From the IMG/VR virus record IMGVR_UViG_3300042868_009047: a DNA stretch of 64,000 nt; one strand, written 5' to 3'. The DNA comes from a virus (taxonomy: Duplodnaviria; Caudoviricetes). This document shows, piece by piece, positions 9,667 through 18,472 of the stretch. The notes under the pieces are model-generated. The model did no database searches. It was not told where the DNA came from and saw only the letters and a program-made list of their open reading frames with translations. A program made the position numbers and the translations under genes. Position 1 is the first letter of the stretch. The number at the start of each line of letters is the position of its first letter.

Positions 9667-12600
9667 TTAATTATAAAGCTCTGGGTAAAGCATTGCCAAT
9701 TGTGTTTCGGTGTTTACTTTAATCGATTCAGCCTCGTTTGTTGAACATATATTAATAATAGGTTCATTTTTATATTTTGTAAAGAGTTTTAAGTTTTTAA
9801 TGATCGTACTGTCTAGTTTACTTGTCTCCCTGAATGTAACCGTATAATCGTCAAAATTACCCTTAATTAACTTATTTTTTATTTCAAATTTGTCTAATAC
9901 TTTAGCTGAATTATTAACACCAAAAATATTTTTATTTATATTTTTTATGGTGTTATCATTCAGGTTTGATGTATAGCTAAGCACATCAGCCAAATCAGAG
10001 TCGTATTTTTTAACAAAAGTTTCAATAAGTTTGAACGCCCCCTCAATTGATTTTTTAATTTTAACCGTTTGGTCTTTTTTGTATTTATCAACCCTTATTG
10101 GGTTATTCTTAATACTTGCTGGTGGGTTGATACCAGTTTTTTCTATTTTAGCCATAATAGCTTCAATATGAACTGATTTACTCACATATAAGTTATATAA
10201 AAATTCTATAAATAAAACATCTTGCATTGCTGACATTTTTACGGTTTCACCATATGTTATACCAGTTGTTGTACCGCTTGTAGATCCACTGACAAATCCG
10301 TTTAATTTAAACTTTTGCTGATCTGGTAGTGAATTTACGTATTCCTCTGTTATGGTATAATCATACATCATTAAAGTATTAAGATTTTTTAATTGTGTAT
10401 TTAATGTAGTCCCTGTTAAATTAGGGTTATTTTCGTTAAATAAATAATAATTTATATCTTTTATAAAGCTATTTTGTGAATTGGTTTTCTTATTTAAACC
10501 GTAGTAAAATAAAACATCTGAGGTTGTTACACCACTTGTTGAACCCGTTGGGTTTAAAGTTACACCAGTTAAACTATTAATTTGTAAATCAAGCTCATAG
10601 TTTGGTGTATAAACTAAATCAATATCATTGTTTTTAGTTTCAGACTCATCTGATAACATAAACTCTAAAGTTTTATTACTAAAATCTAACAACTCATAAT
10701 TAATTTTTTCAAACGTGTATTTCATTTGATACTCACCTTGTTGGTAAACATTATTTGCTGTATTATTTACAATATTACTACTATCTCTACTAACCAATGC
10801 GTATGATGTTGTTTCCAAAGATCTAGCGCTTGAGCTAGTACCATACTCATAAGGGTTAAGTGAGAAATTCTCGTCTGTTGGGTTTCCGCTTACCGCTGGA
10901 TTTATTTGACCAAATTTAAAGGTGTTTGCTGTTGAAATTGACGCTGTTAAATTATTATTCGTTGGTAAGAAATTATCAAAATCATATTGATTTGGTAAAT
11001 CACCAACAGTGGTATAACCAAACACTTTACTAATATAGGTCATATTTCTTACATACTCTTTAATAACACTATCAGATGTTGTGTTATTTAAATTGTTTTT
11101 AAGTTGTTTAAAGAAATACATACCGTTACCAAGTGATGCGTATTTATTTATTGTGAAACCACTTGTTTGAATACCGTTCGCTTCAGTTAAAATACCATAA
11201 ACATCACTTAAACTAATTAATTCACCACCATCTATCGATAGTTTTTTGTATTTTTCGTATGGGTTGTAACCAAACATGGTACTACCAGTAACTGGTGTGC
11301 TTAATTTTTTAGCGTTAGGTATTACTTCGTATAATTTAGCCCTACCTTCTGAAAGCGTTGCATCGTAACCATACAATGGTAACGATAAACCAGCCAATAT
11401 AACCGACATTCTTGCGATTGAATCGTTTAACGCTGTTATTGTTGAATCGGTGTCAGAATCTCTCTTAGAATAGAATGAAACAAATTGTGTATCAATATAA
11501 CTAGTAAAATCTTTTATGTGACTAGTTTCCAGATTTTTATAAAAGTTTTTAAACCCTTTTAAATTATCTGTTGTATCAAACCAAAAACCTAACGTGTTTG
11601 TCGCAATTTTTGTTCTAAACTCATTGACAAAATTAGATTCAATATCCTTATATATTTTTATACCGTTTGTGTCTCTAAAGAAAATACCACCAGTTTCAGA
11701 ATTACCATCTACATTGTTTGTATAACCGTTTGTAAAGTTACCTTGGAAATATTTGCTACTTCTACCGTTATTAGTTGCACCTGTTAAAGCTGTGAAATTA
11801 TAAGGTAAACCTTTACCGTCACCAATTTTAAACATGTACTCTTGTGGATGTAAATTTAATTTTAAAGCCTCAAAAGGTTCTTCTTTATTATTATTTTTAC
11901 TTAAAAAGAATGGGTGATATTTAAACACATCACCAAGTCCAATATATCTTCTTTCATTAGCAACGGTGTTAAAAATTTCGGAATAAGTTAAACCACTAAG
12001 ATTTGTGTTTGGTAATGTTGTACCAGATATATTACCGATTATTTCACTAATGGTTGTACCAGTAGTTGATAAAGGTTTTTTATAGTTTTTATTTTTTAAT
12101 ACGTTATTAATTACCTTATATTTACCAATTGTTTTGTCTTCGGTTTTACCTATGTAATTAGCAAAATTATTTACATAATCACCAAAGCTATAATACAACT
12201 CACTAAATAGGTCATAATATTGTATATCATATCTTTGTAAGTATAATCTACCGTATTCTTGTCTAAATGCAAATTCACCAAAATTAGAGTGGTCTATTGC
12301 TGTCCAAGTTGCTGTGTCTGTTGGTAATGTTTTAGTATATAAACCATCTGCTATCGGGTATTTTACGTTTTTTCTAACATAGTATTGACCTTGGTATGTA
12401 ACACATGTTTCCGCTATGTACTCTTTTGTTAGGTCAAATGTTGCTGCACCAGTTAAATTATGGTAATACGTACCACCAGCCAATTTTGGTAACAATCTCT
12501 CACTAATAACCCCAATAGTACCATAAGGTATTGGTAAACCTTCTGTTGAAGGTGTTATTAACTCAGCTGCCGCAACGATTGGTATTAAATCCAACGAATT

Positions 12601-15600
12601 TTCAGCAAAGAAATCTTGTTCAAGATTTATTAAGTCCCTTTCTCTTCTATCTGTATTAGCAAATGTTCTTTCATCGTAAACATCTGTGTTACCGTAATAG
12701 TTAAATGTTAATGCATTCTGTAATTGATCAACGTATCTTCTTAAACCTTGTCCACCAATATATTTAAATGAAATATTAACTTTTGCTAGCATTGGTTGTA
12801 CACCAATACCTTCAGGGTTTAAATCCCATAATAATGGATCATAACTAATATTTAAACTATTAATGATGATTTTTGTGTGGTAAAAATCTCCGATTCTTAA
12901 AACAGATACAGGTGGTCTACCAAACGCTGTATTCTTAGCGTCACAGCCAGAAACACCAACGTCCTTAGTGATTGTATCACCAGGTCTCATACATTGCTGT
13001 AAAAAGGTTAATCTAGCGTTTAACCCTTCAGGTGTCATTGCATGGAATGCTGGGCTAAAATATTTTAATTTTTGTTTTAAACTATCAAAAATAATTGGTG
13101 ACTCTTTTGACAAATATTCAAAATAATCACATTCTGTTAATAATTTATTAAGTATTCTTTGTGCAATCTCTCTTTTTGTTACATTGGTTGTTGGGACCTG
13201 CTCTTCAACATATAATGGTGGTGTTTCACCTGGCGGATTTTTTCTTTCCAATGGGATTTCCTTCGGTATTAACTTTGCTTCAATCTCAACCCTTCTCGCA
13301 AATGATGCAATTGGGGACAAGCTACCACAAATAACGTCCGCTTCTCTGGTCTCTGGTCGCTTTCCATTGCTTAGTATAGCTACACAAGTACCAATATATT
13401 TACTTTTTATTGGTGTTGTAATACCTTTTGGTACAGAAGGTATAAAAGTAGTTTCATCAGGTGACCCAGCTACTATAAGTTTATTAAACTCATCATATGT
13501 TTTAACCATATAATAAGTTTCATTAGCACCATAACTTATAGGAAAATACTCAACACCAGAGGTTGCTCCTGTAAGTGGTCTACCGAATAAACTAGTATAC
13601 TGATTCCTATCCCGAATAACATCAACTGGGGTGGTTGATTCTGGATTTTTTTGAAATAAATCATTAATATCTTGGCCTCTTGAAACAATATTAAAACTAA
13701 TTTCTTGTCTTGAATTAAGGTCACCCCTTAATATTGTAATTGATTTAGATATTTCTAAATCACCATGTAATTTATCAACATCCTCTACTGATTTTATTTC
13801 TTGGTTACCTAATGTATAACATTTAATTTCACCATTATCACCAGGAGATTTCAGTACATTAAGTATTAACCATTTTGTAACTGAAACAAATCTTCTTGAC
13901 GCTAATTTATTGTTATACTCTTTTAGTGCTGCATCATTGCTACCAGGTGCTGAAGGTGATGCATGCGCAACCATTGCAAATCTTAGGTTATAGTCTTTAA
14001 CACTAGCATATTTGTCTGCTGAATATTCTAAAGCAATGCTTTCATACTGTTGTTCATACCCATATGATTCTTTATCATATTTTACCCTATCTTTTGTAAA
14101 GAAATGTTGGTTATCTGCTGGTGCATTTTCACCTATAGTATAATCATATCTAATCCAATTCGTTCTTCCAGATTCACTTAAACCAGAGTTACCACCTACA
14201 GCTAATTCTTGAAACTCTGAATTTTGATTCAGATTTTTACCTCTAGCTAAATTAGCGTATATATTGTAATATGTATCATACCCAGCCACATTAAAAGGTG
14301 TTAGAGGGTTTTTATAAGAATCTTTAGGTAATGGTATATCGTTTTCGAAAAATAAATCAAATTTAGTTAATGGTACTATCTGAAGCCTTGGTGTTTCAAT
14401 TTTAACACCTTCTTGTTGGAAACTACCTGATGACTCAACTTTACTTCTAATTTTATCATTTGGTAATCTAATATCTAAATCTGATATAACCTTTTTAAAA
14501 TACTCAATATCACTATCACTAAATACACCCCAAATTCTAGCCAATTCAAAAATGTCGTAATCCAAACAACCAGCCCAGAAAGCCGCCAATAATTCATCAA
14601 CTTCACCATCTGTTAAAGCTGCAAATTCTTTATCCACCAATAAGTTCATTATTGTTGGGTGATCGACAACAATATCCCAAGATAATGTTCCAGATCTTTC
14701 GGTGTTGTTATATGTATATATTGCCTCTGGTCTACCTAAGAATTGGTGTGTTGTCCAGTTTGTTGTTGTATCGTCTGTAAATCTTATGTTATATGGTGGG
14801 AACCACATAATTCTACCACCGTTAGAACCTTTTTCACAAGGTGGTAATTCGTTAAACTGTGCAGAATCTCTCCAAGCTAAGTTCTCAAGTGAGAACATAT
14901 ATTTTCTAGCTCTTTTTTCACCAAAAGCTTCAACAACAGCGTCACCCAATCCATCGCCTAATCTACCGTAACCTTCGTTAACGTTAAGTGCTGATGGGTG
15001 TATATTTAAGTTTCCGTATCTATCCAATACAGAGTTTCTTTCTTTTCTATTTAATTCTTTCCATCTAATAAGATCTGTTATTTTTGAGAATGGTTTTGCT
15101 TTTGTCCAAGCTCTACATAACTCAACCTCATTATACATTCTATTATCATCTCTTTTACCACCTTTATCTAAACCTGGTACTAAATAGTTATAACCCGTAA
15201 CTTCACCCTTTTTGTTTTTTCTTTCAACTTTAAAAGGTGTTATCACACCAGAACTTTTTGGTGCAAAACTATAACCATCAAAAAATTTAGTTTTAGTTTG
15301 GTCGATAGATCTAATCGCTTCATTTCTTTCACCTGCTTCCAATAATTTCTGTGTAACATCTAGTATTGAGCAATCTCTAAAACGATTTGTAGAATTGTTT
15401 GATAAACTATTTTGGTTTTTAATCCTACTATCCCAGTTGTCAATTGTTGATTGTTGATTTACTGGATCCATAAAACGTTCATTGGTCGCACCTCTCCAAA
15501 TAAATGAAGTTTGTACTGACCCATATTTTGAAACATCCTCAACACCTGGTTCAGTGTAATAATTTTCAGTACCATCTTCACCTATTCTAATGGCTCTGGT

Positions 15601-18435
15601 TAATTCACTATTAGATTTAACCTGCAAACCATTGTCATCTTGTAATAAATGGAATATACTAATATTTTTACCAGCTATAATGTATGGGGTAAAAACAACA
15701 TCTTCAGTACCCCTTTGAGCTTTAGCCGCTCTTCTAAATAACCTATTATCAGCATCACTTAATTTGGTTTGATAATCTGGTGAATACTTGTTAATACCGA
15801 GATTTGAAAATAAAAAAAATCTTTGTGCTCTTCCAGTTTCATCTAATCTACTAATAACTCTATGTTCTAATTTATCTTCTATTTGAGAATCACCAAAACA
15901 TGTTGGTCTTAAAATAATAGAATCGTCTTTAAAGAAAGCGGATGTTAAACCACCTAAACCGCCAATATCTGAAATAAAGCTAGCTAATTTACCTAAACCA
16001 CCTTTAAATGTTGTGATGTCAGCATTACCTCTTTCAAGTATTGAGGCAGGGTTTTTAATAAATTCAATAACTTTCAATGGGTTGGTTAACATATCATCAA
16101 TGGTTGTTAAACCAGCGACTTCTTGTGCAGCTTTTGCTAACAATCTTGTGTTTAAATTAAATTTTAACTGTAAAGCACCTATTTGTGCTAATAACGTATC
16201 ATTTTTTAAACCAGGTTCAGTTAATAAATTTGCAATATCTAAATCAGCACCCAACAAAGCACTCAACGGAGTTGATGCCGTAGGTATGTTTAAAAAATCA
16301 CCCATTCTTATTTCTGTTGGATCAGCATTACTTAGCTTATCTTCAGTAAGATATGGGTTTTGCGGTGTGTTTGGTGTTTGATTTAATAATAAATTTTCTA
16401 AAATTTCATAAACAACAGTGTTTTCAGCACCATATTTATTGGTTGTTATGTTAGTTGTGTAGCTTGGTGTTAAACTAGATAATTGAGTTTGGTTAGGTAT
16501 AATAAAATCGTTTATTAAGGTTGCTGTACCAACTGGTATAGCACCTGGATTAGCCAACGCAAAAGCATCTGTTGGATCTGTTGGATCCTTTGCCATGTTT
16601 TTGTTAAACAAACTGATCATTATTGGACCAGCTAATGTAACAACATCCCCAGGGTTAACATTTGCGAATGTACTTATTTGTGCCAATGTACCTCTACCAG
16701 CTAAATACTGAGCAGCAATGGACGCACTTGGTGACAATGTGGTAATACCAGCAGCAACATCAACTGGCGTGTTTAATGTCATTGAAAAATTTAAATTTCT
16801 TGGTGTTACGGCTTGTGTAACAACATCACCAGGGTTAACAACATTAAAGTTATTAATTGTTGTGTCTAAACCTCTACCACCTAAGTATTGTGATGCAATT
16901 AAAGCTGAAGGTGTTAAATTAAGAATACCAGCGGTAATATCAGCTGGGGTATTTAAATTTTTTGAAAGATCTAATGTTCTTGGTGCAAATGAATCAGTAA
17001 CAACATTACCAGGGTTTACGTTAACATAATCATTAATAACACTATTTAAACCTCTACCAGCTAAATATTGTGCGGCAAAAGCACCGCTTAAATTTGTTAG
17101 TCCAGCGGTAATATCAACAGGTGTGTTTAATGTGCGTGCAAAGTTTAAATTTCTTGGTATTACAGAATCTGTTACAACATCACCAGGATTTACGTTAGGT
17201 AAAGTTGTAACCGCAACAAACGATCCCCTACCAGCTAAATATTGTGCGGCAAAAGCACCGCTTAAATTTGTTAGTCCAGCGGTAATATCAACAGGTGTGT
17301 TTAATGTTTGAGCAAAGTTTTGTATTCTAGGTGTTACAGCCTCACTTAATACGTCACCAGGATTTACATTAGGTGAAGTTGTGATCGCAACAAATGTACC
17401 CTTACCTGAAAGGTATTGTGCTGCCAAAGAAGCGTTAGGTGACAAATTATTTACACCAGTGGTAATATCAACAGGTGTGTTTAATGTTTGAGCAAAGTTT
17501 TGTGTTCTTGGTGTTATTGCATCTGATAAAACATCACCAGGGTTAACAACATTAAATGTATTTATAACGCTAAATGTTCCAAGACCAGCTAAATATTGGG
17601 CAGCGTAAGCAGCATTAGGTGTTAAATCATTCACACCAGCGGTAATATCCGTTGGGGTACCAATGTTCATTGCAAGATCTAAAGCTCTTGGTACAACCGC
17701 ATCGGTTAATACATCACCAGGGTTTATATTTGCAAATGTATTAATTACGGTAAAAGCACCTTTACCAGAAAGATACTGAGCAGCGTATGCTGCGTTAGGT
17801 GTTAAATTGTTTACACCAGCGGTTATGTCCGTAGGTGTGTTTAATGTCATAGCAAAATCCAAATTTCTTGGTGCTACGGCATCTGTTAGAACATCACCTG
17901 GGTTTACATTCACAAAATCATTTACAACGCTAAACGAACCTCTACCTGAAAGGTATTGAGCCGCAAACACAGCGTTAGGTGTCAAATCATTTACACCAGT
18001 GGTAATATCTGTTGGGGTATTTAATGTGTGTGATAAATCCAAATTTCTTGGTGCAACAGCTTCTGTTAGCACATCGCTAGGATTTACGTTTGAAAAATCA
18101 TTTATTACTGTTAATTGACCTTTACTATTAACCAAAGAAGCTACATAAGCAGCGCTTGTGGTTGTGTCAAGTAAACCAGCGTTAATATCAGCTGGTGTGT
18201 TTAATGTTTTATTAAGGTTTGCTATTCTTGCTGGAATACCGTCAGTATCAACATCACCAGGGTTTTGTACATTATAAAAATGTATCGCAGCGTCTTGTCC
18301 TAACGAACTTAAATACGCATTAACTGTCACTGAATTTGTTAAATTAACCAAACCAGTTACAACATCAGGTGGTGCCTGTAAATTTAAATTAAGGATTACA
18401 TTTCTAAATTGTCCCGATATACTATTTAAGCTCAT
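9667..18435 (-). CDS. Giant multidomain baseplate / tail-tube initiator protein (2922 aa): N-terminal 60-aa repeat array, gp48/gp54-like tube-initiator domains, interrupted OmpA-like domain, CBM-like motif
   Basis: RIMWFPPYNIRFTDDTTTNWTTHQFLGRPEAIYTYNNTERSGTLSWDIVVD and FGRPPVSVLRIGDFYHTKIIINSLNISYD (tube-initiator-like). YNNKLASRRFVSVTKWL and ARRVEI (OmpA-like). Confidence 0.7.
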   Translation of the reverse strand: MSLNSISGQFRNVILNLNLQAPPDVVTGLVNLTNSVTVNAYLSSLGQDAAIHFYNVQNPGDVDTDGIPARIANLNKTLNTPADINAGLLDTTTSAAYVASLVNSKGQLTVINDFSNVNPSDVLTEAVAPRNLDLSHTLNTPTDITTGVNDLTPNAVFAAQYLSGRGSFSVVNDFVNVNPGDVLTDAVAPRNLDFAMTLNTPTDITAGVNNLTPNAAYAAQYLSGKGAFTVINTFANINPGDVLTDAVVPRALDLAMNIGTPTDITAGVNDLTPNAAYAAQYLAGLGTFSVINTFNVVNPGDVLSDAITPRTQNFAQTLNTPVDITTGVNNLSPNASLAAQYLSGKGTFVAITTSPNVNPGDVLSEAVTPRIQNFAQTLNTPVDITAGLTNLSGAFAAQYLAGRGSFVAVTTLPNVNPGDVVTDSVIPRNLNFARTLNTPVDITAGLTNLSGAFAAQYLAGRGLNSVINDYVNVNPGNVVTDSFAPRTLDLSKNLNTPADITAGILNLTPSALIASQYLGGRGLDTTINNFNVVNPGDVVTQAVTPRNLNFSMTLNTPVDVAAGITTLSPSASIAAQYLAGRGTLAQISTFANVNPGDVVTLAGPIMISLFNKNMAKDPTDPTDAFALANPGAIPVGTATLINDFIIPNQTQLSSLTPSYTTNITTNKYGAENTVVYEILENLLLNQTPNTPQNPYLTEDKLSNADPTEIRMGDFLNIPTASTPLSALLGADLDIANLLTEPGLKNDTLLAQIGALQLKFNLNTRLLAKAAQEVAGLTTIDDMLTNPLKVIEFIKNPASILERGNADITTFKGGLGKLASFISDIGGLGGLTSAFFKDDSIILRPTCFGDSQIEDKLEHRVISRLDETGRAQRFFLFSNLGINKYSPDYQTKLSDADNRLFRRAAKAQRGTEDVVFTPYIIAGKNISIFHLLQDDNGLQVKSNSELTRAIRIGEDGTENYYTEPGVEDVSKYGSVQTSFIWRGATNERFMDPVNQQSTIDNWDSRIKNQNSLSNNSTNRFRDCSILDVTQKLLEAGERNEAIRSIDQTKTKFFDGYSFAPKSSGVITPFKVERKNKKGEVTGYNYLVPGLDKGGKRDDNRMYNEVELCRAWTKAKPFSKITDLIRWKELNRKERNSVLDRYGNLNIHPSALNVNEGYGRLGDGLGDAVVEAFGEKRARKYMFSLENLAWRDSAQFNELPPCEKGSNGGRIMWFPPYNIRFTDDTTTNWTTHQFLGRPEAIYTYNNTERSGTLSWDIVVDHPTIMNLLVDKEFAALTDGEVDELLAAFWAGCLDYDIFELARIWGVFSDSDIEYFKKVISDLDIRLPNDKIRSKVESSGSFQQEGVKIETPRLQIVPLTKFDLFFENDIPLPKDSYKNPLTPFNVAGYDTYYNIYANLARGKNLNQNSEFQELAVGGNSGLSESGRTNWIRYDYTIGENAPADNQHFFTKDRVKYDKESYGYEQQYESIALEYSADKYASVKDYNLRFAMVAHASPSAPGSNDAALKEYNNKLASRRFVSVTKWLILNVLKSPGDNGEIKCYTLGNQEIKSVEDVDKLHGDLEISKSITILRGDLNSRQEISFNIVSRGQDINDLFQKNPESTTPVDVIRDRNQYTSLFGRPLTGATSGVEYFPISYGANETYYMVKTYDEFNKLIVAGSPDETTFIPSVPKGITTPIKSKYIGTCVAILSNGKRPETREADVICGSLSPIASFARRVEIEAKLIPKEIPLERKNPPGETPPLYVEEQVPTTNVTKREIAQRILNKLLTECDYFEYLSKESPIIFDSLKQKLKYFSPAFHAMTPEGLNARLTFLQQCMRPGDTITKDVGVSGCDAKNTAFGRPPVSVLRIGDFYHTKIIINSLNISYDPLLWDLNPEGIGVQPMLAKVNISFKYIGGQGLRRYVDQLQNALTFNYYGNTDVYDERTFANTDRRERDLINLEQDFFAENSLDLIPIVAAAELITPSTEGLPIPYGTIGVISERLLPKLAGGTYYHNLTGAATFDLTKEYIAETCVTYQGQYYVRKNVKYPIADGLYTKTLPTDTATWTAIDHSNFGEFAFRQEYGRLYLQRYDIQYYDLFSELYYSFGDYVNNFANYIGKTEDKTIGKYKVINNVLKNKNYKKPLSTTGTTISEIIGNISGTTLPNTNLSGLTYSEIFNTVANERRYIGLGDVFKYHPFFLSKNNNKEEPFEALKLNLHPQEYMFKIGDGKGLPYNFTALTGATNNGRSSKYFQGNFTNGYTNNVDGNSETGGIFFRDTNGIKIYKDIESNFVNEFRTKIATNTLGFWFDTTDNLKGFKNFYKNLETSHIKDFTSYIDTQFVSFYSKRDSDTDSTITALNDSIARMSVILAGLSLPLYGYDATLSEGRAKLYEVIPNAKKLSTPVTGSTMFGYNPYEKYKKLSIDGGELISLSDVYGILTEANGIQTSGFTINKYASLGNGMYFFKQLKNNLNNTTSDSVIKEYVRNMTYISKVFGYTTVGDLPNQYDFDNFLPTNNNLTASISTANTFKFGQINPAVSGNPTDENFSLNPYEYGTSSSARSLETTSYALVSRDSSNIVNNTANNVYQQGEYQMKYTFEKINYELLDFSNKTLEFMLSDESETKNNDIDLVYTPNYELDLQINSLTGVTLNPTGSTSGVTTSDVLFYYGLNKKTNSQNSFIKDINYYLFNENNPNLTGTTLNTQLKNLNTLMMYDYTITEEYVNSLPDQQKFKLNGFVSGSTSGTTTGITYGETVKMSAMQDVLFIEFLYNLYVSKSVHIEAIMAKIEKTGINPPASIKNNPIRVDKYKKDQTVKIKKSIEGAFKLIETFVKKYDSDLADVLSYTSNLNDNTIKNINKNIFGVNNSAKVLDKFEIKNKLIKGNFDDYTVTFRETSKLDSTIIKNLKLFTKYKNEPIINICSTNEAESIKVNTETQLAMLYPELYN
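16640..18330 (-). repeat. Coding tandem repeat: 9 full 58-60 aa (174-180 bp) units plus degenerate flanks
   Basis: Units begin NPGDV at residues 58 (nt 18264) to 594 (nt 16656). Consensus NPGDVlTdAVxPRxLxFxxTLNTPxDITAGxxxLxPxAxxAAQYLxGxGxxxxIxxxxNV. Confidence 0.95.
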
Positions 18436-18439
18436 ATAT

Positions 18440-18447
18440 TATAAATA
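18440..18447 (-). promoter_or_regulatory. Late promoter motif TATTTATA (representative of ~12 copies)
   Basis: Coding-strand TATTTAT(A/T/G) occurs shortly upstream of structural gene starts. Minus strand: 18440, 21348, 24922, 27009, 30376, 31746. Plus strand: 34806, 37598, 41202, 55072, 59253, 63192. Confidence 0.75.
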
Positions 18448-18472
18448 TTATTCAAACTGTTTTTTTATTAAA

